Positions 40,585-47,920 of a stretch of DNA of 64,000 nucleotides are shown here, piece after piece. The stretch comes from an uncultured Alphaproteobacteria bacterium. Lineage in GTDB: Bacteria > Pseudomonadota > Alphaproteobacteria > Micavibrionales > UBA2020. Both the position numbers and the translations under genes were made by a program. Location: assembly GCA_966211335.1 (NCBI GenBank), contig CBIHNF010000001.1, forward strand, positions 76,078-140,077, read 5' to 3'. Positions within the stretch are counted from its first letter, which is position 1, and the number at the start of each line of letters is the position of its first letter. The notes under the pieces are model-generated. The model worked only from the letters and a program-made list of their open reading frames with translations. It ran no database searches and was not told the DNA's origin.

Positions 40585-41537
40585 GCTGCTTTCCTTTTTC
40601 TTGTTTTTATCTGCTTGCGTGCTTCTTGCTTGTCCTCGGGCGCTTTCATCTGCTGCGCCGCCCATTTTTCAAGGTCGCGGTGACGAACACCGGCGGCGAC
40701 CTTTTTGCTCCCCAGCCATTTCGCCAGCGTTTCCGCTGTATAGACGGAACGGTGGCGGCCGCCGGTGCAGCCGATGGCGATGGTGAGGTAATTTTTCCCC
40801 TCCCGGTCATAGCGCGGCAGCAGGTGCTGCAGCAGGCCGGTGAGGTTTTTGAAGAAGGGCTTAAATTCGGGGTCTTTGGAAATTTTATCCATCACCGGCT
40901 TGTCGCGGCCGGACAGCGGGCGCAGTTTTGCGTCCCAGTGCGGGTTGTCGAGGAAGCGGACATCGAACACCAGATCCGCATCGCGCGGCACGCCGTTGCG
41001 AAAACCGAAGGAGGTGACGGCCACATAAAGCCCGCGGTCGCCTTCCAGCGCGAACAACCCGTCGATGAGGCGGCGGAGGTCATGCGCCTTGATGTCCGTC
41101 GTATCAATCACATGGTCGGCGGCCTTGCGCACCGGCTGCAGCAATTGGCGTTCGCGCAAGACACCATCCGCCACCGGACGGTCGACGGCGAGCGGATGCA
41201 CACGGCGCGTTTCGGTATAGCGTTGCTGCAAAACCTGATCATCGCAGTTGATGAAGACGAGCGCGGCGGAGGTATTTTTCAGCTTCTTGAGATTGTCGAT
41301 TTTTTGCAGAATTTTCGCGGCGCTGAAATCCCATGTCCGGCTGTCGATGCCGATAGCGACGGGCTGGCCGCGGCCTTCTTTTTGCGCCAGCAGCGCATCG
41401 ACAAGCGCCAGCGGCAGGTTATCCACCGCCTTGTAGCCAAGGTCTTCGAGCGATTTCAGCGCGGTTGACAGCCCCGCGCCGGAAAGGCCGGTGACGAGGA
41501 GGATTTTGCGGGGCGCGGTGCTGCGGGTTCTTTTCAT
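40581..41537 (-). CDS. rapZ: RapZ/YvcJ family protein
   Basis: VDNLP, DVRFLDNPHW, IAIGCTGGRHRSV; P-loop reads GLSGAGLS. Confidence 0.93.
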   Translation of the reverse strand: MKRTRSTAPRKILLVTGLSGAGLSTALKSLEDLGYKAVDNLPLALVDALLAQKEGRGQPVAIGIDSRTWDFSAAKILQKIDNLKKLKNTSAALVFINCDDQVLQQRYTETRRVHPLAVDRPVADGVLRERQLLQPVRKAADHVIDTTDIKAHDLRRLIDGLFALEGDRGLYVAVTSFGFRNGVPRDADLVFDVRFLDNPHWDAKLRPLSGRDKPVMDKISKDPEFKPFFKNLTGLLQHLLPRYDREGKNYLTIAIGCTGGRHRSVYTAETLAKWLGSKKVAAGVRHRDLEKWAAQQMKAPEDKQEARKQIKTRKRKAA

Positions 41538-42022
41538 CAGTTCACCAGCAGGCCCGGCTTGGCGATGATTTCCAGCGCCTTGTTGATTTTCAGCATTGTC
41601 GAATTGTCAAAGGCGCAGAGGCGGTAGCGCGGCAGGGCGACGCCGAGAATCTCGAAGGTTTCAGGGTCCGGCAGGCGCGGCACTTCATCCCGCTTCACAA
41701 GGTCAATCACAAGGCTGACGCGCGTTGCCGGCGCGACGGGGTAGCGCAACAGGCCGATGCCGCGCACCTCCAGCAGGCCGCGGATGCTTTCGACATGATC
41801 GGCGTAAATGCGGTTGTGGCGCTTTTCAAAACCGACCTGGTCATCGCAAATCAGCTGCCCGCCCGCCTCGATCAGCCGGAAGGCAAGGTCGGACTTGCCG
41901 GCGCCGGACAGGCCGCGCAGAAAAATACAAGCCGCTTCCCCGCCGACAGGGCGCAGCAGCACGGCGGTGCCATGCAGCGTCGTCTTCGTCGGTTCCGGCG
42001 GCGGTGTGCGCGTGATACCCAA
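41537..42022 (-). CDS. hprK: Short alphaproteobacterial HPr kinase/phosphorylase
   Basis: LHGTAV, GLSGAGKSDLA, LICDDQV, GLLEVRGIG; TTG start inferred. Confidence 0.88.
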   Translation of the reverse strand: MGITRTPPPEPTKTTLHGTAVLLRPVGGEAACIFLRGLSGAGKSDLAFRLIEAGGQLICDDQVGFEKRHNRIYADHVESIRGLLEVRGIGLLRYPVAPATRVSLVIDLVKRDEVPRLPDPETFEILGVALPRYRLCAFDNSTMLKINKALEIIAKPGLLVN

Positions 42023-42042
42023 GGGTTGGCCTTTAACAGGAA

Positions 42043-43401
42043 TTAAGCGGCTTCGTTGATCTTCAGGGCGTGCCCGACAAGATAGAGCGACCCTGTTATG
42101 ATTATACGCTGCGGGGCCTTGAATTGGAAGGTAAGAGCGCGGATGGCGCTTTCCAGATTGGGTGCAGGCCGCGCATCGGCAAAGCCCGCGCCTTTCAAAT
42201 AATTGCAAAGTTCATCGGCCGAGAGCATGGGCGCATCAATATTGGCGTCCACCGCCTGAATGGTGACGGGAATACCGGCTAGCTTCTCATAAAAATTGTC
42301 GGGTTCCTTGCGGCGCTTGTAGCCCGTAATGATATGCGGCGGTTTGTCCGCCCCCCAGGCCTTGACCTGCGCCATCAACACTTCCGCGCCGCTGTCGTTA
42401 TGCGCGCCGTCGACCCAGAGTTCCCAGCCGGAAGGCAGTAATTTTGCCAGCGCGCCGGACTCCAGCCGCTGCAGGCGGCCCTGCCAGCGCACGCTGTTCA
42501 TGGCTTTCGTCAGCACAGGTTCGGAAAGGCAGGTCATGAAGGGGCTTTGCGCAATTGCGGCAATGGCCGTGCCCGCGTTGACGACTTGGTGACTACCCAA
42601 GAGGCGCGGCAGCGGCAGGCTGAATTCCATGCCGCGGGCGCGATAGATGAAACCCTTGTCGTCTTCTTCAACCGACCATTCACGGTTGGCAAGAAACATC
42701 GGCGCATGCAGTGCGGCGGCGCGGGTTTCAAAAATTTTCAAGACGTCATTATCCGTCTGCGGCGCGACGATAACGGGGCAGTTTTGCTTGATGATGCCAG
42801 CCTTGTTTTCGGCAATCAGCGGCAGGGTTGCGCCCAAGAGGCGCATGTGGTCGAAAGAAATACGCGTCAGCAGGCTGATGCTTTTTTCAACCACGTTGGT
42901 CGCGTCATAGGTGCCGCCAAGGCCGGTTTCCAGCAGCACGGCATCCGCCTTGTGGCGTTGGAAAGCGAGGAAGGTAAGTGCGGTGAAGAATTCGAAGAAG
43001 GATACGGGTTCATCCCCGCCTGCCGCTTCACATTCATCAATCAGCGAGAGCAGCAAATCATCGGAGATTTCCTTGCCGCCGATGACGATGCGTTCTTCAA
43101 ACCGCACCAGATGCGGGGAAATGAATTTATGGACAGTGAGTCCCGCTGATTCCAGAATGGCCTGAATAAAGGCGAGGGAGGAGCCCTTGCCATTGGTGCC
43201 CGCCACATGAAAAACCGGCTGCAAATGGAGGTGTGGATTGCCAAGGTTTTCGAGGAAATTCTGGAAGCGTGACAGCCCCGCCGGCAGCATGGGTTCATGC
43301 TTTTCGCGCACAGCAGTAATTGCGTTTTCAACCGCAGGATTGGGCGAATAGGTATATTCGGTTAAGGGCGCTTGCTCGGCGATTTTCAGCGGCTCGGGCA
43401 T
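42043..43401 (-). CDS. folC: Folylpolyglutamate/dihydrofolate synthase
   Basis: VAGTNGKGS, SPHLVRFEERI, ETGLGG, WQGRLQ, DGAHN. Confidence 0.96.
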   Translation of the reverse strand: MPEPLKIAEQAPLTEYTYSPNPAVENAITAVREKHEPMLPAGLSRFQNFLENLGNPHLHLQPVFHVAGTNGKGSSLAFIQAILESAGLTVHKFISPHLVRFEERIVIGGKEISDDLLLSLIDECEAAGGDEPVSFFEFFTALTFLAFQRHKADAVLLETGLGGTYDATNVVEKSISLLTRISFDHMRLLGATLPLIAENKAGIIKQNCPVIVAPQTDNDVLKIFETRAAALHAPMFLANREWSVEEDDKGFIYRARGMEFSLPLPRLLGSHQVVNAGTAIAAIAQSPFMTCLSEPVLTKAMNSVRWQGRLQRLESGALAKLLPSGWELWVDGAHNDSGAEVLMAQVKAWGADKPPHIITGYKRRKEPDNFYEKLAGIPVTIQAVDANIDAPMLSADELCNYLKGAGFADARPAPNLESAIRALTFQFKAPQRIIITGSLYLVGHALKINEAA

Positions 43402-43419
43402 TGAAAATCCTTTGCGACG

Positions 43420-44328
43420 TCAGCCTTCGCCTTTTTTGCGGGCATCAGGTGGGCGTTTGTGTTCCGCCATGCCGCTGCGCTTTTGCGTCAGCAGCTGCAG
43501 GATGGTGACAAGCTTCTGGCGCAAATCACCGCGCGGTACGACAAGATCCACCATGCCATGCGCCTGCAGGTATTCCGCCGTCTGGAAGCCTTCTGGCAGC
43601 TGGGCGCGGATGGTTTCCTGAATGACGCGGCGACCGGCAAAGCCGATCTGCGCGCCGGGTTCGGCAATATGCAGGTCGCCAAGCATCGCGAAAGAGGCGG
43701 AAACGCCGCCGGTGGTTGGGTCGGTCAGCAGCACAATATAGGGCAGGCCCGCTTCCTTCACCTGTTCGACCGCGATGACGGAGCGCGGCATCTGCATCAG
43801 GGAAATCATACCCTCCTGCATGCGCGCGCCGCCCGAAGCAGGGATGACGATATAGGGCGCTTTGAGGGAGACAGCGAGGCGCGCGCCGGTGATCAAACCG
43901 TCACCCACCGCCGCACCCATGGAGCCGCCCATGAAGTCGAAATTGAAAGCAGCGATGACGACGGGCGATCCGCCCATCAACCCGTTGGCCACAACAATCG
44001 CGTCCTTCTTGCCGGTTTCGGTCTGGGCGTCCTTCAGGCGGTCGGCGTATTTTTTGCGGTCGCGGAATTTGAGCGGGTCATGCACGGGTTTCGGCAAATC
44101 GGATTCTGTATAGATGCCGGAATCAAACAGCATCTTCAGCCGCTCCTCCACGCTCATGCGCAGGTGGTAGCCGCAGTGGTGGCAGACGTTGAGGTTCTTC
44201 ACCAGTTCCTGGTGGTGCAGCATGGTCTCGCAGCCGGGGCACTTCTGCCAGAGGTTGTCGGGGACATCCTTCTTGGCGGTGATGAGGGCCTTGATCTTGG
44301 GCCGGACGAAGTTCGTAATCCAGTTCAT
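43420..44328 (-). CDS. accD: Acetyl-CoA carboxylase carboxyltransferase beta subunit
   Basis: CPGC...CHHC zinc finger, FMGGSMG, SGGARMQEG, IGFAGRRV. Confidence 0.97.
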   Translation of the reverse strand: MNWITNFVRPKIKALITAKKDVPDNLWQKCPGCETMLHHQELVKNLNVCHHCGYHLRMSVEERLKMLFDSGIYTESDLPKPVHDPLKFRDRKKYADRLKDAQTETGKKDAIVVANGLMGGSPVVIAAFNFDFMGGSMGAAVGDGLITGARLAVSLKAPYIVIPASGGARMQEGMISLMQMPRSVIAVEQVKEAGLPYIVLLTDPTTGGVSASFAMLGDLHIAEPGAQIGFAGRRVIQETIRAQLPEGFQTAEYLQAHGMVDLVVPRGDLRQKLVTILQLLTQKRSGMAEHKRPPDARKKGEG

Positions 44329-44413
44329 GCGCGGGGTCTGTCCTTGTGAGGAAAAGCCGTTTCAGAAGGGCAATTTCTAACATAAGGGGGGCTTGTTGCG
44401 GCAGAAAATATTG

Positions 44414-44430
44414 GTTTTTATTGCCATAAT
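44414..44430 (+). promoter_or_regulatory. 17-bp motif GTTTTTATTGCCATAAT, copy 2
   Basis: Identical to 18701-18717; 11 nt upstream of TTGACA-N17-TACAAA (44442-44470). Confidence 0.6.
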
Positions 44431-44511
44431 ATGCCATGGCGTTGACATAACCGCCTTAGGGGCGTACAAATAAATGACCCCGTTAACCTTTTGCAGAAGA
44501 TGCTCTTCCCC

Positions 44512-44772
44512 ATGGCCGGAAAGGTCCAGTTCAATACTGTCTCGCTGAATGCGCCGATGTCGCCGGAAGACATGGGGCGGCACCTGCTGCTGGAAGCCTG
44601 CAAGGATTACCCCGATTTCCAAAAGGCCCTCGGCCTTATCGAATGCGGCGCGACGACCAATGTGCGGGACGACAATGGCTTCACCGCGCTGATGTGGGCG
44701 GTGACCAAGGGCCATGATGATCTGGCTGATGCCATCATCCAGCGCGGGCGTGAAGAAGATTATGCCGAATAG
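44512..44772 (+). CDS. Ankyrin-repeat ORF, upstream part (possibly the N-terminus of a split gene)
   Basis: GATTNVRDDNGFTALMWAVTKGHDDLA; start codon uncertain (44491, 44500 or 44512). Confidence 0.75.
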   Translation: MAGKVQFNTVSLNAPMSPEDMGRHLLLEACKDYPDFQKALGLIECGATTNVRDDNGFTALMWAVTKGHDDLADAIIQRGREEDYAE

Positions 44773-45391
44773 CCCCAACCCCAATTCGCCCTTCCGGCTG
44801 GGCCAGTCGCTGCTGCGCGAATTGCAGGATGCGGAGGGCGATGCCGATACCGCCATCAAGCTCATTGCCCTTGGCGCGGATGCGAATGCGGAAGATATGC
44901 ATGGCTTGAGCTGCCTTGCCATCGCCGCGCGCCGCGGCTGGGCGGATGTGACGGCGGCGCTGCTGCAGTCCGACGCAAAAGTCGACTGGCGCAACCAGGA
45001 CGGCTGGACGCCGCTGCTCTGGGCCGTCACCAACGGTCACACGGCCGTCGCGGAAGTTTTGCTGAAATACAAAGCCGATGTGAACGCGCAGAACGAGAAC
45101 AGCGATACGCCCCTTATCATGGCGACGATGATCGATGATGAACCTGTCCGTGTTCCCATGGCGAAACTGCTGCTGAAACACGGCGCGGATGTGACGATTG
45201 AAGGCAAGAACGGCCAGCGCGCCCATGAATCCGCGATCGAGCAGCATGATGATGCGATGATAAAATTATTGCAGCCCTTATTCGACCGCACCCAGCCGGC
45301 GATCACGCCCCGCGCGCTTCAGTCCGCGACAACGCTGGAGAAAGACCTGCGGCCGTTGAAACCTGTAAAGTTCAAGCCGCCCGGGCATTGA
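44762..45391 (+). CDS. Ankyrin-repeat protein with basic C-terminal tail
   Basis: DGWTPLLWAVTNGH, ADVNAQ...DTPLIMA, GQRAHESA; ends LRPLKPVKFKPPGH. Confidence 0.88.
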   Translation: MPNSPNPNSPFRLGQSLLRELQDAEGDADTAIKLIALGADANAEDMHGLSCLAIAARRGWADVTAALLQSDAKVDWRNQDGWTPLLWAVTNGHTAVAEVLLKYKADVNAQNENSDTPLIMATMIDDEPVRVPMAKLLLKHGADVTIEGKNGQRAHESAIEQHDDAMIKLLQPLFDRTQPAITPRALQSATTLEKDLRPLKPVKFKPPGH

Positions 45392-46094
45392 TGGACTGCA
45401 GAATTTCCGCCGCCGCCGCCGCAGGGTTTGCCGCCTGCGTAATCGGCCGGCCGATCACCAGATAATCCGCGCCCAGCGCCGCCGCCTCGACAGGCGTCAT
45501 AATGCGCTTCTGATCGCCCGCTGCACTTCCTGCAGGGCGAATGCCGGGAACGACGAGCAGCGTTTCGGGTTTCAGAATTTTGCGCAGCACGGCGATTTCC
45601 TGCGGCGAACAGACAATCCCGTGAAGGCCGCAGTCTTCAGCGAGTTTCGCGAGGTGCTGTACCTGTTCTGCTGCGGGAGCCTTCTGGCCGATTTCGCCAA
45701 GGTCCTTGTCATCCAGCGTGGTGAGGACAGTGACGCCAAGTAATTTCGGCGCGGCAACACTGTGTTCAACTGCGGCTTCGGCCGCCGCCTTCACCGCCGC
45801 CTGCATCATGGCACGGCCGCCGGAGGTGTGAATGGTGATGAAGTCCGGCGCGGCCTTGACGGCGGAGCGGATGGCGCCCGCAACCGTGTTGGGAATATCA
45901 TGTAATTTGAGGTCGAGGAAAATTTCAACCTTGCCACCCGCCGCCGTGCGCAGCTCTTTGATGCAGGCAGGACCTTCTGCGGTAAAAAGCTCGAGCCCGA
46001 TTTTAAAACCGAGGTTTGCGCCGGAGAGTTTTTCCACAAGTATTTTCGCCTCTGCAATATCCGCAGCGTCAATGGCGCAGAAAATACCTGTCAT
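45372..46094 (-). CDS. pyrF: Orotidine-5'-phosphate decarboxylase
   Basis: FKIGLE, DLKLHDIPNTV, VPGIRP, DQKR, VIGRPIT. Confidence 0.97.
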   Translation of the reverse strand: MTGIFCAIDAADIAEAKILVEKLSGANLGFKIGLELFTAEGPACIKELRTAAGGKVEIFLDLKLHDIPNTVAGAIRSAVKAAPDFITIHTSGGRAMMQAAVKAAAEAAVEHSVAAPKLLGVTVLTTLDDKDLGEIGQKAPAAEQVQHLAKLAEDCGLHGIVCSPQEIAVLRKILKPETLLVVPGIRPAGSAAGDQKRIMTPVEAAALGADYLVIGRPITQAANPAAAAAEILQSINARAA

Positions 46095-46105
46095 GGGAAA
46101 ATTCC

Positions 46106-46570
46106 TTATTTAATTTCGAAGATCGCATCCACCTCGACCGCCGCGCCGAGCGGCAAAGCGGCGACGCCGACGGCGGCACGCGCATGTTTACCAGCCTCCG
46201 CGAAAACCGCGACGATCAAATCAGACGCGCCGTTGATGACTTTGGGATGATCATAAAAATCATGCGTCGAGGCGACAAAGCCGCCGAGGCGCAGGCAGCG
46301 CGTAATGCGGCTAAGATCGCCGTTCAGCGCGGCATTCGCCTGCGCGATGATATTGATGGCGCAGGCCTTCGCTGCCTCCTGCCCTTCCTCGACCGACATA
46401 TTTTCCCCAAGCTGGCCTTTGATGAGATGGCCGTCTTTCGACGGCAGCTGGCCGGAGATATACAGAGTGTTGCCGGAAATGGTGTAGGGCACATAGTTGG
46501 CCAGCGGCGCCGCCAGCTGCGGCAGCACGATGTTGAGGGCAGTGAGGCGTTCGGAAATTTTGTCGGACAT
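46106..46570 (-). CDS. RidA/YjgF family protein
   Basis: ANYVPY, YISGQLP, FYDHPKVINGASDL, HARAAVG. Confidence 0.93.
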   Translation of the reverse strand: MSDKISERLTALNIVLPQLAAPLANYVPYTISGNTLYISGQLPSKDGHLIKGQLGENMSVEEGQEAAKACAINIIAQANAALNGDLSRITRCLRLGGFVASTHDFYDHPKVINGASDLIVAVFAEAGKHARAAVGVAALPLGAAVEVDAIFEIK

Positions 46571-46637
46571 GAAAAAGCTCCTTTAGCGATGAACCTAAAG
46601 GAGCTTATGCCGTCATGCAACGGTGGCTTGAAGCGAC

Positions 46638-46811
46638 CTACATATTGCTGAGGTCGAGCTTGGCGAAATTGTTGTATTCAACGTCCGGCGCGACGGTTGC
46701 GACCATCACTTCCTTGCGCGGCGAGGAGGCGGAAAAGCCGGAGCGGAGATCCGGCATGCTGGCAGCCCAGGCCTCGGCTTCGGGGAAGTTTGCTTCTTTA
46801 ATGACGTTCAT
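46638..46811 (-). CDS. Untracked 57-aa hypothetical protein
   Basis: Manual translation MNVIKEANFPEAEAWAASMPDLRSGFSASSPRKEVMVATVAPDVEYNNFAKLDLSNM; host-like GC3; AAGG upstream. Confidence 0.6.
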   Translation of the reverse strand: MNVIKEANFPEAEAWAASMPDLRSGFSASSPRKEVMVATVAPDVEYNNFAKLDLSNM

Positions 46812-46870
46812 GTTGTGCCTTGCCTTCTTTACGCCGGTAAGATGCGCTTCTTTATTCTGGTAATAGGTTC

Positions 46871-46903
46871 AGTATAGGCTTTGAAAGATTAACACAGCGT
46901 TAA
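46871..46903 (-). promoter_or_regulatory. Perfect CtrA box plus -10 element
   Basis: TTAA-N7-TTAA at 46889-46903, then 12 nt, then TATACT (46871-46876) on the minus strand. Confidence 0.75.
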
Positions 46904-47086
46904 GATTGGCAGCGTTCAAGTGGCTTGAGAATATATTTTAAGTAATTGAAAATATAAGGAAATGTAGTGGGAACTTTGTCCATTTCATATGTTTTACATA
47001 TTATTTGCTATTTTAAGCCTCTTTCGGCATAATGTTGCTCACCTTTCCGCGGGGAGAATCGGCAAGGGCATCTAGGGGGAAGAATC

Positions 47087-47920
47087 ATGAGTTTGCTGAA
47101 AGCCATCTTTAATCGCGCCGCGCCTGCGCTGACGCCGGAGCAACAGCTGGCGCTGGATACTGCGCTGCTGGATGCCGCCCAGTTCAATAATGTCGAGAAG
47201 ATAAAAGAGCTGCTGGACAAGGGCGCCAATATCAACGCCCGCGCGCCGAATACGGAAGACACTCCCCTCATCATCGCCAGCCGCGAAGACGATCTGGCAG
47301 ATGTCGTCAACTTCCTGCTCGACCAGAAGCCCGACCTGACCCCCGTCAACAGCATCGGCCAGACGGCATTACACGTTATTCTGCGGGAGCATAACAGCGC
47401 TGCCTGCGCCATCCGCATGATTAACGCGGACGCGCCATTGAATGGACGCGACATGCACGGCGCGACCCCCGCCTTCTGGGCGGCGCAAGACGGCCGCACT
47501 GATGTAATGGAAGCGCTGATCGCCAAGGACGCCGACCTGACCATACCCAACAACGCGGGCGAACTGCCGCTGATGCATGCGACGAAACTGCCGCACCCCG
47601 CAACGGTTGCCGTGATGCTGAAAGCGAATGCCGGCATCGACGTGCCGGACGAGGAAGGCATGACGGGCCTGATGTGGTCTATTCTGCTGCACAAGCCCAA
47701 ACAGGCGATGTTGTACATAGAAGCGGGCTGCAACATTATGATGCAGAACAAAGCCGGCGAAAACGCGCTCGACCTTGCGAAAAAAGAAGGCCTTGATGAG
47801 GTTGCGACCGCCCTGCGCCTGAAGATGGCAGAAAATATGGCGCCGATTTTGGAAGGCGTCAAAATCAAGCCGATCAAAACCGTCCGCTTCGCCGCGAAGC
47901 CGCCGACGAGCTTGCGTTAA
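47087..47920 (+). CDS. Ankyrin-repeat protein with basic C-terminal tail
   Basis: GANINAR...DTPLIIA, GQTALH, GATPAFWAA, GELPLMHA, GMTGLMW; ends IKPIKTVRFAAKPPTSLR. Confidence 0.92.
   Translation: MSLLKAIFNRAAPALTPEQQLALDTALLDAAQFNNVEKIKELLDKGANINARAPNTEDTPLIIASREDDLADVVNFLLDQKPDLTPVNSIGQTALHVILREHNSAACAIRMINADAPLNGRDMHGATPAFWAAQDGRTDVMEALIAKDADLTIPNNAGELPLMHATKLPHPATVAVMLKANAGIDVPDEEGMTGLMWSILLHKPKQAMLYIEAGCNIMMQNKAGENALDLAKKEGLDEVATALRLKMAENMAPILEGVKIKPIKTVRFAAKPPTSLR

Noticed and set aside
42032-42046. TTTA-N7-TTAA at the folC stop, upstream of hprK
   Set aside because: One half-site is supplied by the stop codon and there is a mismatch; likely chance.
46615-46863. 82-aa ORF from the track
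   Set aside because: Starts at about the predicted TSS with no family motif; the 57-aa ORF in another frame has better codon usage and an RBS-like element.
46970-46995. GGAAC-N18-TT upstream of the 47087 ankyrin gene, a possible ECF promoter
   Set aside because: The -10 element lacks CGTT and the region is AT-rich, so the match is uninformative.
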